NCBI GenBank assembly: GCA_951406725.2
Contig: OX597819.1
Span: 372,001 to 436,000, forward strand
Direction of reading: 5' to 3'
DNA: 64,000 bases
Source of the DNA: Octopus vulgaris
Lineage: Eukaryota
Made by a program: the position numbers and the translations under genes. Positions within the stretch are counted from its first letter, which is position 1. Each line of letters begins with the position of its first letter. This document shows positions 25,898-38,143 of this stretch, piece after piece. The notes beneath the pieces were generated by a model. It had not been told where the DNA came from and made no database searches. It was given only the letters and a program-made list of their open reading frames with translations.

Positions 25898-26261
25898 CTA
25901 GCTATCAAACTTAGATACATATCTATGCGCACACACACACATAATGATAAATAATATACATAATGTGTGTGTGTGTGTGTGTGTGAGAGACCATTCTGTA
26001 AAGTGGGTGGCATTAGGAAGGGCATTCAACTGTAAAATCCATGCTGAAACAGACCTTGCTGGTTTCACATAAAAAGCACTCAATCCACTTTGTAAGGTGA
26101 CTGGCATTAGGAAGGACATCTAGCCATTAAAACCATGCCAAAACAAACAGTGAAGCCTGGTGCAGTTTTTTGGTTTGCCAGCTCCTGTCAAACAGTCCAA
26201 CTCTTGCCTGCATGGAAAACAGTCATTAAATGATGATGATGGTGATATATATATATATATT

Positions 26262-26590
26262 GGACAGGAGCACTCTGTCGGTTACGACGACGAGGGACCC
26301 AGCTGATACGATCAACAGAACAGCCTGCTCGTGAAATTAACGTGCAAGTGGCTGAGCAATCCACAGATGTGTGTACCCTTAATGTAGTTCTTGGAGTAAA
26401 TTCTGCGTGACACAGGGTGTGACAAGGCTGGCCCTTTTGAGATACAGTTGCTACTCATTTTCACCAGCTGAGTGAACTGGAGCAACGTGAAATAAAGTGT
26501 CTTGCTCAAGGACTCAACACGTCGCTGGGAATTGAACTCACGACCTTACGATCATGAGCCGAATGCCCTAACCACTAAGCCACGTGCCTA
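26262..26590 (-). mobile_element. CORE-like tRNA-SINE (family 3)
   Basis: Minus strand GGCACGTGGCTTAGTGGTTAGGGCATTCGGCTCATGATCGTAAGGTCGTGAGTTCAATTCCC, then CCTTGAGCAAGACACTTTATTTCAC; same family as 62472-62790. Confidence 0.88.
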
Positions 26591-26837
26591 CATATATATA
26601 TATAGGCAATAAAACATATCAAAAAAGAAGCACACTCTAAAGAATAGAGCAGTAATTATTATTCAGTTTCTGTTGACCTAATCCACTTACTTTAAGCAGG
26701 CACTGTTCTCGCATTGTGATGGAATTGATGCTTTTCGTTTATGTCCTGTAACTTAACAGTTTGACAAATACAAATCAATATAAGTATCAGGCTTAACAAT
26801 AAAAACCAGGCATGACACAAGTAACTAAACTCGTCAA

Positions 26838-26911
26838 GGTTGCATATGTTTCCTAACTAGCAGAATCATAGAAGTAAATGAGGGGGTACTCTGCTAGCTA
26901 CTCATCAGGCC
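26838..26911 (-). ncRNA. Hammerhead ribozyme remnant (cleavage triplet mutated)
   Basis: GGC-CTGATGA-G-TAGCTAGCAGA..TCTGCTAGTTA-G-GAAA-CATATG-CA-ACC; 11-bp stem II, palindromic stem III, GCA in place of GUH. Confidence 0.6.
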
Positions 26912-26919
26912 AAAGATAC

Positions 26920-27207
26920 CTGAGTTAAATGAAGATTACATTGTTGTCAAGGAATCCTATAAATAATAATTTTAAGCTTTGAAGCTTTTACTGTGTATTG
27001 GCTAAAGAAAATAGTCTAATATTAGGGCATATAAGCCCTTGATGGAAAAAAACAAACTAATAACCACTTTTTTCCACCAAGGGCTTATATACTCCTATAT
27101 TAGACTTATTTTTTTTTTTTAGCCAATACATGGTAAATGCTTATAAACTTAAAGCTTATTATTATTTACAGAATTTTCACTTGTCACCATTTTTTCATTT
27201 AACACAG
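26920..27207. repeat. Imperfect ~290-bp palindrome adjoining the HHR remnant
   Basis: TGTATTGGCTAAA..TAGTCTAATA..TATAAGCCCTTGATGGAAAAAA mirrored by TTTTTTCCACCAAGGGCTTATA..TATTAGACT..TTAGCCAATACA. Confidence 0.8.
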
Positions 27208-27360
27208 AGTATGTATGTATGTATGTATGCATGGTGTGGTGAATAAACTGTTGTTTAAATTACGTATAATGAAAATAACATTCAGTTCTATATTTAAGAG
27301 ATGAGGAATTATTTACATTATTTAAATTTACGGATATTTGTCCTTATTTTGTTTGTTGTT

Positions 27361-27406
27361 AACACAACGTTTCGGCTGATATACTCTCCAGCCTTCATCA
27401 GGTGTC
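27361..27406 (-). ncRNA. Minimal type I hammerhead ribozyme (left arm)
   Basis: GACAC-CTGATGA-A-GGCTG GAGAGTATAT CAGCC-GAAA-CG-TT-GTGTT. Confidence 0.85.
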
Positions 27407-27560
27407 TTGGGGAAATTTCAAACCTGGATTCACATTCTTAAGGTATTTTTTGGCGGCGGTGGTGGTGGTGGTGGTGCTGTTGTTGTTGTTCAGGTCACTG
27501 GCTGGAATTGAACTTGGAATCTTGGAGTTAGTAGCCCTTGCTCTTAACCACTATGCCCAT

Positions 27561-27632
27561 GGGCATATGGTGTAGTGGTTAAGAGCGCAGACTACTAACT
27601 CCTAGATTCTGAGTTTGATTCTGGGCAGTGAC
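27561..27632 (+). promoter_or_regulatory. tRNA-derived Pol III internal promoter (right arm; mirrored in left arm)
   Basis: A-box TGGTGTAGTGG, anticodon-arm-like GACTACTAAC, B-box-like GAGTTTGATTC; the mirrored left-arm B-box reads AAGTTCAATTCC. Confidence 0.7.
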
Positions 27633-27695
27633 CCGAATAATAATAACATCGAAAAATATCTTAGGAATGAGAACCCAGGTTCAAAATTTCTCCTA

Positions 27696-27741
27696 AACAC
27701 CTGATGAAGGCTGGAGGGTATATCAGCCGAAACGTTGTGTT
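27696..27741 (+). ncRNA. Minimal type I hammerhead ribozyme (right arm)
   Basis: AACAC-CTGATGA-A-GGCTG GAGGGTATAT CAGCC-GAAA-CG-TT-GTGTT; palindromic AACGTT stem III; predicted cleavage after 27736. Confidence 0.85.
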
Positions 27742-28844
27742 AACAACAAACAAGATGAGGACAAATATCCGTCAAATGTAAATAATGTAAATAATGTAAG
27801 TAATGAAAATAAGACAAAGATTTTAACAGATTTATTTATCAAAATTGCATAAAAATATCTTGAAAACTAAAGAGTAAATTTATTCAATAAAATTGCCATT
27901 GGCTCCAACCATGGCCTCCAGATGACTTTGGAAGCTGCATCTCTTCTGGGCAGTCTCTTTGTTTAAGTTGGTGAATGCTGCCATAATCCTTGCCTTCATT
28001 TCATCTTTGGTGTTACAAGAAGTTCTGTTGGCCTCTTGTTCAACTGTGCCCCACACATAATAATCAAGGGGGTTGCAGTCTAGGGAGTTAGGTAGCCAGA
28101 TGTTAGGGGTGATGTCGTCGCAGAAATTGTCTGACAGCCATGACTGAGTTCTCCTGCTTGTGTTGCATAGTGCAGAGTCCTGTTGCCAGACATGGCATCT
28201 TCCAGCAGCCACCCTCTTGACCCAGGGTAGCACTACCTCCTCCAGGCACTTGATGTAGGCCTTTGTGTTGAGTCTGAGGCTGAATGGGAAGATGATTTGA
28301 GGCATAATGTTGCCATCTCTAGCGTTGCACTAGTGTCCTTGTGTACTTTTGTAAGATGTGTGAGATAGTCAAGAAGATAGAGATAAGTGGAGAGACAAAG
28401 AGAGGATAGGTTACTAGAAGGATAAGGCAAGAATATGAGAGAGAAGAGAAAAGAGTTATAAGATATTAATACCACCTGAGAATGAGAGCTTTGCTGTGGT
28501 GTCCCTGCATAGTTTAGTTGTCAAGTGAGCCAAGAGGAAATTTATAGTGGACGAAGGAGAGTAAGCACTGCTACTAAGTGTTTGTGATCCTCTTTGTCTG
28601 TCTAAATTGTTTTAAAGAGTAATTTGTAAATATGTTGAAAGTAAGTATACATGAAAGCGGGAACAGCAAGTTTATTGTCTGTTGATCATGTCCCATAAAA
28701 TTAAAGATAATTTCTATAAATAAAATTGCTTGGAAATACAATCACATATCAACATAAATGAATTAATGAAGTCATAATATCCTACCTTAAAATGGTGAAA
28801 TAACTACTTCTAGCCTTCTATATTGTTTATTGCTCTTGTTTCTC

Positions 28845-28890
<46 letters not shown>

Positions 28891-30237
28891 ATGCCACTCA
28901 GCTTTTGTAACCTTCTCAGTCAGTATCATTATAAATATTAATATATAAATAATAAATTCCAAATGCAAATTCAGGAATGCTAGAGCTCCCATGTATACCT
29001 TAGTTTTTAGAATATGTACACTGTATCCCTGCATATCCTAAGTTGTAACTAAAAGCAGTGGCACCAAAAGAGGCATTTAATTGTAAAATATTACCTGAGA
29101 ACATCTTGTCCAATCCATTCCAGCACAGAAAAGCAGGTGATGATATATCTCTTCAACAATTGACAAAACATAATGTTGGTGAAGACTTGCTCACCTATGT
29201 AAGCATAGTAAAGCAAACATTAAAATGGTGATAGTGATGAAGATGGTCTTGTCCATAATATTCTTAAGTCTCCATCTATAGTCTCCCTCTTTGAAACCTC
29301 ATCAGATACTAAGTGGCTCTTGTAACAGAAGATTGCTTCTGATCTGGTTATACTTGATACACCTACGATTATCCTTTTGTCCTGCTAGCTGTCACTTAAT
29401 ATCACTCCTCATTGACATCACTCTTTCTTACAACGTCTACTCATCACATTCTGTCTCTTATCAACAAACATGCAGCTGCCATCACTGTCTTTCTTCTATT
29501 GCTCCTGCTATCATTCACTCTCTCTTTCTCTCCCATTACTCTACTCTCTTTTCCAATCTTTCTCTCTGGTTATTCCAGCATTACCGTCTCTTCTGTTCAA
29601 CCTCTTAATCTTACTACCTTTAACAAATAGAGACAACATATACTAGTGAGAGATTTTTTTGTCTTGTGGGCTACAAGGCAACCCAGCTAGTGCTGGTGTA
29701 TCAATAAAATGCACCTACTACATCCTGTAAAGCAGTTTGTCGATGAGGCCTTTGTAGAGCCAAGAGGTCTCTTGAATCTTGCCAAGGATATAACAGTCTC
29801 TCTAATGCTGGTACCATGACAAAAAATGCATTTAGTGCATTCTGTACAGCAGTTGGCAATAGAAAAAGTGAGATTTAGTTTTCAAACCCTTCTTGGAAGG
29901 TAATAATTCTGAATAAGAACTGACTCAGACTCTGATTCCCCATCCAACCCATGTCATCATGGAAAGCAAATGTCAAATGATGATGGTGGTGGTGTTGGTG
30001 TTGGCAGCAGCACCAAAATCTTTCATATTTAGATGCACATCTTTAGCACATATACAATTTTGATGACAAAAACTATCAAATACATCAACATTATACTTCA
30101 TAGCTTCACAAAATTATGTAACCTTTAATTTTCAGCTAATTACTTATTTAAAAGTTTCTTAGAATTACTTAACAAGTGCTTACATTTCTTTTGGTTTAAA
30201 TGAATTTTTTGGTGACTGCTTTTTTTTCCTATTTCAG

Positions 30238-30553
30238 GAAGCAATTTACGCCAATACCAAACATTACAGCAACTCTCCCACCTTGGCAGTTATCAGAAGA
30301 AAGTAGCAATTCAAATAATAATAGCCATGTAGAGCTGTCGGTTGGAAAATCCTCTCAGTCTTGTATAAATACTGCAGCAGACAAAATTAAAAGTGATATA
30401 AAAGAACGGATGAATCCAGTTGCAGCATCTGGGCAATCAAGTGCAGATTCTTCAGATATTAGTCCAGTGAATAGTGAAGACCTAGCACCAGATATTGAAG
30501 ACATAAGTAATGTGAATGAAAGCAATAACCAAGATTCTGCTCAGTCTACATAA
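30238..30553 (+). CDS. PEX14: PEX14 terminal coding exon
   Basis: Pyrimidine tract and ttcag acceptor; KQFTPIP..LPPWQL..SSDISPVNSE matches vertebrate PEX14 RQFPPSP..IPSWQI..SSDISPVSNE; acidic tail; TAA stop. Confidence 0.9.
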
Positions 30554-30593
30554 ACGATACAAAAAGGAAAAGGAAGGTGTTTGGTAGGTTTTG

Positions 30594-30599
30594 AATAAA
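30594..30599 (+). promoter_or_regulatory. Candidate polyadenylation signal
   Basis: AATAAA about 40 nt after the PEX14 stop; the hexamer is common in AT-rich DNA. Confidence 0.3.
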
Positions 30600-31576
30600 A
30601 AACAAAAAAAGAAAAGAATGGAGAGCAGGGAATCATTGAAAATATTTTCTTAAATCTGTTTGTTTGAGATTTTTGTATAACGTTTACTGGTAACCAGAGA
30701 TGTGAGATCACTATGAACAAGGATAAGGTTTAACCACTTTCAGTGCCGTACAGGTCTGATGAATAGTCAGTGGAGCAGCTGTGTAATTAACAATAACTAT
30801 TCAGCAGTTTCTGATAGCTTGATAAACATAATAGTAAATAATATTTTATTTGACTGTAATTGAATATGGAAACCTGCTGGTCATTTGCTTGCAGAACTGA
30901 AAGGATAAAATTATGATTTAATTTACTACCTTTTGCTTTGAAGCTTAAACACGTTGGTTCATTTGATGAACAGAAACAACGTTAACACATCTAAATTGCA
31001 AGAACACTGCTTGAAGCATGAAAAAGTTTTCATAATATATTATGAATAAATTTTGATGATCACATACAAGCACCTGTTTTTATTTTATGCTGTTATGGGC
31101 AAATTTTGTTAATGATAAATGAGGAAATGGTTGCATTCAACCATAAAATACTTCCTCAGTTCTAATTTAAAAGCATATCAACCAAACATTTGCTATACTC
31201 TAATGCAAATACTTAATTCGTCAGACTTCACTGGTTCACTGGGTTGGTTCTTTCTTTCAGGTTCCATACCACTTCTTCTGGAAGCCTTTCACTGCCTACT
31301 GCTGGAAGAATTGAACTCAGCACTGTAAACCAACTAATCCATCATCAGTGTTGCAGTTGTAGAGTTAATGTTTACAGTAGTATATTATCCCACTTGTAGT
31401 ACTTACTTAAGTGAAAGTGGACACAATTCTCTACAGATGATAGATAAAAGTCAAATTTCAAAACTGCTTTATTCACTACCATATTGATGGGACCTGTCTT
31501 TACTCTCCGAATGGAAAATGCATTGTGTGAAAGCATTAAAGTATTAAGCATGTATATACTCAGAAGAAATGAAATA

Positions 31577-32797
31577 TTGGGTCATCCCATAAATAATGTG
31601 GCTTTTTCAATTGCATGAACTAAAAGTCGACAGAGGGATGGGATAAACTATCTCCATCAACTTGCTATAAAAGCAGGTAGTAATTTTACCTTGTGCTTAT
31701 TCTTAGTGTAAGTTTTGAAGAGTGCCGTTCGATTTTAACAATTTTTTTTTTCAAAGTTATAATGGCAGTAACAAAGGAGCATAGCTGGCATATTTTGCTT
31801 TATGAGTTCAATAAATGAAACAACACAATGGAAAGTGCGAGGAATATTTATGCAGTATATGGGGATCCGACAACAAGCATAAGCCAGTGTGAATGGTGGT
31901 TCCAGAAATTACAGCCTAGAAGATGAGCCTTGTCCTGGAAGATCTGTAGAACTTGACAAGGATGTCCTGCAAACTCTGGTGGAACAAAATCCCATTGCAA
32001 CTGTTTGAGGAACTAGCAGAGAAGCTTGGATTTGGTCATTCAACCATTCGACACCTGTGTGCCATCGGAAAAGTCAGCAAATTGGGTCAGTGGGTTCCTC
32101 ATAAACTTTCCAAGTCTAATCATGCACAGAGAGGGAATGTGTGCTCTTCTTTGCTGTCACATATCATGAATGAACTGTTTTTGAACCGAATAGTGCCTGG
32201 TAGCAAGAAATGGGTTCTCTATAAAAATGTGAGGTGCCAAAGACAGTGGGTAGGGAAAGGAGAAACAACGGCTCCCCAGCCTAAAGAAGGTCTTCACCCA
32301 TGAAAGGTTTCGTCTACTTTGAACTTTTAAACCCAAACCAAAGGAGATTTATTGTGAGCAACTTGATTGGCTTATGTTAACGCTAGGAGAAAAACGATCA
32401 TCTTTGGTTTCAAGATGAAAGCTGTTCCTCCATCAGGATAATGCTCGGCCACATACAGGGAGGATGACATTCCAAAAGCTGGAGCAGTTTGAATGGGAAA
32501 CGATGCCCCACTTACCATATTCACTGGACATTGCCTCATCATTTGTTCTGCAGTCTTCAAAATCATTTGGCCGGAAAAAATATGAATACTGTAGACAAGG
32601 TCAGAACAGTACTGGCGGTGTATTTTACGTCACGGACAAGTTAATTTTGGAAGAGGGGCCTTGCAAGTCTAGCAGATAGATGGAAGAAGATTGTAGAAAA
32701 TGAAGGAGAGTCTATTTTATATTACAAAAGAACTTTATCTTAATTTTGAAAAATAAAAAAATATAAAAAGAACTGCATTGTTTATAGGATGACCCAA
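31577..32797 (+). mobile_element. Full-length but decayed mariner element
   Basis: TA-flanked TIRs TTGGGTCATCCCATAAA / TTTATAGGATGACCCAA; 1221 bp; transposase remnants MAVTKEH, WVPHKL, HQDNARPH and PYSLDIA with stops and frameshifts. Confidence 0.92.
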
Positions 32798-33140
32798 TAT
32801 ATTTAATAAGGGTTCCAAATGTTAGTAAATGTAGATGTTACCAATTGTTTTATGAGGCAGATGTAATGTCTGTACAAATCTGAAATACATCTTATCTTTT
32901 GCCAGAATGGAAAGATTAGAAGTTATGTAAATCTCTGTTTTATATTGTCATGGGAACATCTGCTTATAGTCTTCCATATATATATATATAAATCTCCATA
33001 TATATATATATATATATATATATATCATCATCATCATATATATATATAATGTATTTCAATTAATAAGTCAAAATACTCAATAGCTTTCTAAACTGTTTAA
33101 TCTAGATAAAATAATATTTATTAATTGTTACACCATTGTA

Positions 33141-33600
33141 ATTACCTCTTCTTTCGTTTGTAATTACTCCTGTGTGGAGTCAATAATGTAACCTAGTAAC
33201 AGCTTTGGCACAGTAGAGGTGATGTTTTCAACTGAAGAACTGACCAAAGAAAATGCCCCTGGAGGGCAGTTCTTTTCAAATTTATGGATTTTCAGGTTCA
33301 ACATGTTTCAAATAAGTCATGTTTGTTTGTTTGTCCGTAGACAAGATGTCTCAAAAACTGCTGCATGGATTCGGATGAAACTTGTAGGGATGTTTGGCCT
33401 CATGACTGGCACAAACTAATTAGATTTTTTGGGATCGATCCGGTACCAGACAAGGATTCTGGATTATTTTTCCTGTTTTTTCCTAATTTTTAGCAGTCAA
33501 GATTATTTCAGATATTCTCATTTTAAAAATCATCTCTGTTTAATCGTTGAGAGGACGTTGGTGTTGCCTTGGCAGAGGTTTGCACTCTTTGAGTGCTCTT
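33141..33600 (+). mobile_element. Helentron-associated (HINE/DINE-like) non-autonomous element with a 148-bp insert
   Basis: 5' ATTACCTC, (GTTT)n then TCTCAAAAACTG..GGATTCGGATGAAAC, subterminal CCTTGGCAGAGG (33567-33578) and 3' hairpin GCACTC-TTT-GAGTGC. Confidence 0.65.
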
Positions 33601-33609
33601 ATTATTATT

Positions 33610-34230
33610 ATGGATGGTGGTGGTCTGCCAGACAAAATGCTTAGCAGTATTTCATCTGTTGTTCCATCCTGGGTTCAATAAAATAAGCACTAGTTGAACA
33701 CTGGGATCAGTGTAATCAACTCATCCCCTCTCCCAAAATTGCTGCCCTTGTGGCAAAATTTGAAACTATTATTATTAAGGCAGCAAGCTGGCAGAATCAT
33801 TAGCATGCTGGACAAAATGCTTAGTGACATTTTGTCTGTCTTTATGTTCTGAGTTCTGCTGAGGTCAATTTTGCATTTCATCCTTTCAGGGTCACTAAAT
33901 TATGTACCAGTTGCATACTGGGGTTGATCTAATCGACTGGCCCCCTCCCCACAAAATTTCAGGCCTTGTGCCTATAGTAGAAAGACTTATTATTATTATT
34001 GTCATTATTATTAAGGTGGCAAGCTGACAGAATCGTTAGCATGCTGGGCAAAATACTTAGCAATGTTTCATCCGTCTTTAAGTTCTGAGTTCAAATTCTG
34101 CCAAGTTTAACTTTGCCTTTCATCCTTTTGGGGTTGATAAATTAAGTACCAGTGAAATACTGGAGCTGATGTAATTGACTAGTCTCCTCCCCAAAATTTT
34201 CAGGCCTTGTCTTTAGTAGAAAGAATTATT
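33610..34230 (+). mobile_element. Three tandem family 1 SINE copies separated by (TTA)n
   Basis: Repeated AAGG..CAAGCTG.CAGAATC.TTAGCATGCTGG..GAGTTC..CATCCTTT..AGTACCAG. Confidence 0.8.
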
Positions 34231-34744
34231 AGTGTTATTATTATTTTAGTCTGGAGCCGGCAGCTGCATGTTTGGAGGCCTGTAAATTTTTCCTAAAATT
34301 TGTGGTTCCATTGTTTGCTTTTACAGATTTTATTGAACTGTTGTCTTGATAACTCAACTTACCACAAGCAGGGCTAGCTCTGTTGGGGAAAAAATTCACC
34401 CTTTAGGGGTAAATTTCAAGATTTTGTAACTCAAAATTCGATATTTTGAAAACAAATATTTACAATGTGTTTCTTCAAAATGAGAGGTGCAGTGTTTGTT
34501 GTAACAGCCTTTTTGACATTTCATTCCCTCCACAACCTAATGTGGTTGAGAGGGAGAGGAAAAACAACATCACAACCATCAACATCGATGGAAGCATGAA
34601 AGAGGGAGCTACTACCACTGTCGTCATGTGGACCAACCAGAACAACAACAACAATGAGCAAGAAAATGAAGAGAAAGAAAAAAGAATTTTGCGTACCAAA
34701 CACCTGCAGATTTCACCACCACTTCAAACAGAAAAAAATGAGCA

Positions 34745-34880
34745 TAGTGGCTGTGTGGTTAGTAGCTTGCTTACAAACCACATGGTTCCGAGTTCAGTCC
34801 CACTGCATGGCTCCATGGGCAAGTATCTGACCAAAGCCTTGTGAGTGGCTTTGGTAAACGGAAACTGAAAGAAGCCCATC

Positions 34881-34918
<38 letters not shown>

Positions 34919-35130
34919 CTGTGTCCGTGTTTGTCCACCCCCAACATCGCTTGACAACTGATACTGGTGTGTTTATGTCCCCGTAACTTAGCAGTTCAGC
35001 AAAAGAGACCGATAGAATAAGTACTAGACTTACAAAGAATAAGTCCTGGATTCGATTTGCTCGACTAAAGGCAGTGCTCCAGCATGGCCACAGTCAAATG
35101 ACTGAAACAAGTAAAGGAGTAAAAGAGTAA
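34745..35130 (+). mobile_element. tRNA-SINE (family 2) with internal deletion
   Basis: TGGCTGTGTGG A-box, GAGTTCAGTCCC B-box and CAGTCAAATGACTG tail. Confidence 0.85.
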
Positions 35131-37756
35131 AGCAATGATGACAGTTGCTTTTTCTGAGCAAGCAACTCAGATGTGTCGAAGGTGGAGTTGTCAGAAGAGG
35201 TGTTGGCTAGAGCGAAAATGCATCTAACCAGCACTGGCAGGACAGTCTACCTCAACACACCAGATGAAATGCAAAAGGAAACAAGGCAAAAAACAATTAT
35301 ATACAGACGTATATCTGTGAAGGCAAGGAAACTGGAAAGAGCTATACAATCCTAGGCCAAAAAATGTCTGAGACATGTGTGGAGTCAATAATGTAACCTA
35401 GTAACAGCTTTGGCACAGTAGAGGTGAGGTTTTCAACTGAAGAACTGACCAAAGAAAATGCACCTGGAGGGCAGTTCTTTTCAAATTTATGGATTTTCAG
35501 GTTCAACATGTTTCAAATAAGTCCTGACAACTGAAGGTGATTGCAAAGACAAAGAAATAACAGTTTTTCTAACAATTTCAACAGGGAGAACATGGGACAA
35601 AACATGTTATTTTCAATAACCTGGGAAATGCCAAGTTATTAATGTATAACGTTGGTATCTCAGCTCCTAGGAGGTGAGACCTGTGTAGTCTATGTTTCAT
35701 GTTAGTTAGAAATCTAAAAGGCATTTTTAAATTTCGTTATTTTCTTTAACCAGGTCAACTATTTCTGCTAGGGTAAGACACAGGACTACTGTTTATAGTT
35801 CTCTGATTTACCTCCCTTAAATCCTTACAACGTTTATATCCTGTTTGTCATCATCATTTTAATGTCCACTCTTCCATGCTTGCATGGGTAAGAAATAGTG
35901 TATTGAGGCAGATTTTCTATGGCCAGGTGCCATTCCTGTTATCAACTATCACCTGTTTCCAAGCAAAATAGTATTTCCTCATGGCCAGGCATGTTCTCAT
36001 AGAATATTAGAACTGAATGACATTGCTTGTATGATGGTGACAACAATCATGTTTTACAACAATCATGTGTTTATCAAGGAAAGGAGACTCAAACATATAT
36101 ATTTGTATGCAACATGCTTTTTTTTTTGGTTTCAGTCTACCAAATTCATACACAAGGCATTAATTGGCCTGGGGCTATAGTAGAAAACACTTGCCCACAT
36201 GAAACCACATGTTTGGAAAGCAAACTTCTTACCATAGAGTCACATCTGTGCCTATTATTATTCTGCATCCAGCTGTTATAGTCTAAGTTGAAGCTCAAAC
36301 AGTTTCTTACGACAAACACATTTTCTATGTGTTTTGATATGGCATTATAAAATTAAAAGATCTTTTTCCTTTTTTTAAAAAAAATACAATTAACTAACCT
36401 AGAAAGGTAGAATCAAATCAATTATAATTTCGTTGATTGATTAAAACTGGAACGAAATAATTATCATTTTTTAATCATTAAGGATATTTTCAGGTAGGAA
36501 GCATTATTTAAAACTAATTGATAAAATGTAATTTTTGATAAAATTTGCTGTTTCATTACGCAAATGTAATTATTTAATCATTGTTGCATAATTGATAACA
36601 GGCACTCAATAATAGATGACATGGTACATAGATATAGAGTATTTTTCTAGAGATAAAAAATAGGATATTGCATGTTGATTAGGTTAAAGTATTCAGATCT
36701 TTAGTGGAATTTCATTATGATTTACATTAATGCATCTGGAGAATCAGTATTTTTTAAAAACAAAGGTTAAAATCTATGATAAGTTATTGAAATTTAAAAA
36801 AATTGTATTAGCCTAACTGCAGATAAACAGACATAGAGAGAAAAAAATGCATTAACATAGCTGCAGATAAACAGACATAGAGAGGCAGTATCTCTCTCTC
36901 TCTCTCTCTCTCTCCCCCCCCTTTTTTTTTTTTTTAGATAAAATCCATGGCATACTTCATATCCAGAGAGAGGTTTCTTTCTTATCAGATTAGAATGTTT
37001 GAGATTTAGACTGGGGATTTTACAAATTCTTCAAACCTCTTTCATATTTGTATTGTGGTTTAAAATAGATTCTAATATAAATTTATTAACAAAGTTGTTC
37101 TTGAAATGTAAGATACAGCTCTCCAATTGATGATTAAGCAAAAATGGTCTAATCTTTAAAGAAGACAAATGGAACTGATATATTTAATATGTGGTTTTGT
37201 TTTTAGTTTTGAATTTATAAGCTAAAATATAGAAGTATGTAAAAGCTATATTTACTTTTTACTATAACTCAAGGTCAGATGTTAGTGGAAGAATATAATG
37301 ACATAAGGTCACAAAGAGTAAAATAATAGATAGATGACAGGCACAATTGATTCCAGTGGAATTTGAGTTTACACTGTAAAAAGATTTAACATAAGGGGAG
37401 CACTAATAGTTGATTATATTCAATGATGTTCTGTTTTATCATACCTTGAAGGACAAGAGGCTGAGTTGATTTTGGCATGATTTGAACTCAGAATGTAAAA
37501 GAGCTGTAGCTAAAATTTGCAAGAGATTTTCCCCAATGCTCTGGTGTACCTTACAAAATCTTACATTAAGAACTGTTGAATTCATTGAAACATGGAAAAT
37601 GTAATATTAAAATATATATTTGTTGATGCTTAATACGTGACACCCATTGCATCATTCGTCTGTTGAGCTTCCTGTTAGTCATAAGGCCTTTAAATCTTTA
37701 AAGCTTCTTTCCTTGAACTGCTGTGCTCTGGAACTTACTGTTATTAAATATATATG

Positions 37757-38143
37757 CAGGAGTGGCTGTGTGGTAAGTAGCTTGCTTACCAACCACATGG
37801 TTCCGGGTTCAGTCCCACTGCGTGGCACCTTGGACAAGTGTCTTCTACAATGGCCTCAGGCCGACCAAAGCCTTGTGAGTGGATTTGGTAGACGGAAACT
37901 GAAAGAAGCCTGTCGTATATATGTATGTGTGTGTATGTGTTTGTGTGTCTGTGTTTGTCCCCCACAACATCACTTGACAACTGATGGTGGTGTGTTTATG
38001 TCCCCATAACTTAGTGGTTCGACAAAAGAAACCGATAGAATAAGTACTAGGCTTACAATGAATAAGTCCTGGAGTCACTTTGCTCGACTAAAGGCAGTGC
38101 TCCAGCATGGCCACAGTCAAATGACTGAAACAAGTAAAAGAGT
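37757..38143 (+). mobile_element. tRNA-SINE (family 2), full length
   Basis: GGAGTGGCTGTGTGGTAAG..GGTTCAGTCCCACTGCGTGGCACCTTGGACAAGTG..CAGTCAAATGACTGAAAC. Confidence 0.88.

Larger units (their letters stand above)
27279..27800. mobile_element. Palindromic head-to-head dimer of tRNA-promoter plus hammerhead units
   Basis: Arms about 27309-27559 and 27560-27795, centred on TATGCCCATGGGCATA; 12-bp TSD TAATGAAAATAA at 27267-27278 and 27801-27812. Confidence 0.85.
27229..28315 (-). mobile_element. maT (DD37D) Tc1/mariner-superfamily remnant, interrupted by the palindromic element
   Basis: ORF 27880-28305: WQQD-37 residues-D in NSLDCNPLDYYVWG; the flanks rejoin across the 12-bp TSD. Confidence 0.75.

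Noticed and set aside
27561-27632. Functional tRNA gene (also other SINE heads)
   Set aside because: Cloverleaf stems are broken and each head continues into repeat body sequence.
34446-35640. Possible gene or transposase around ORFs 34446-34844 and 35173-35355
   Set aside because: Coding-like composition but many stops, a SINE interruption and no recognisable motif; cannot be assigned.
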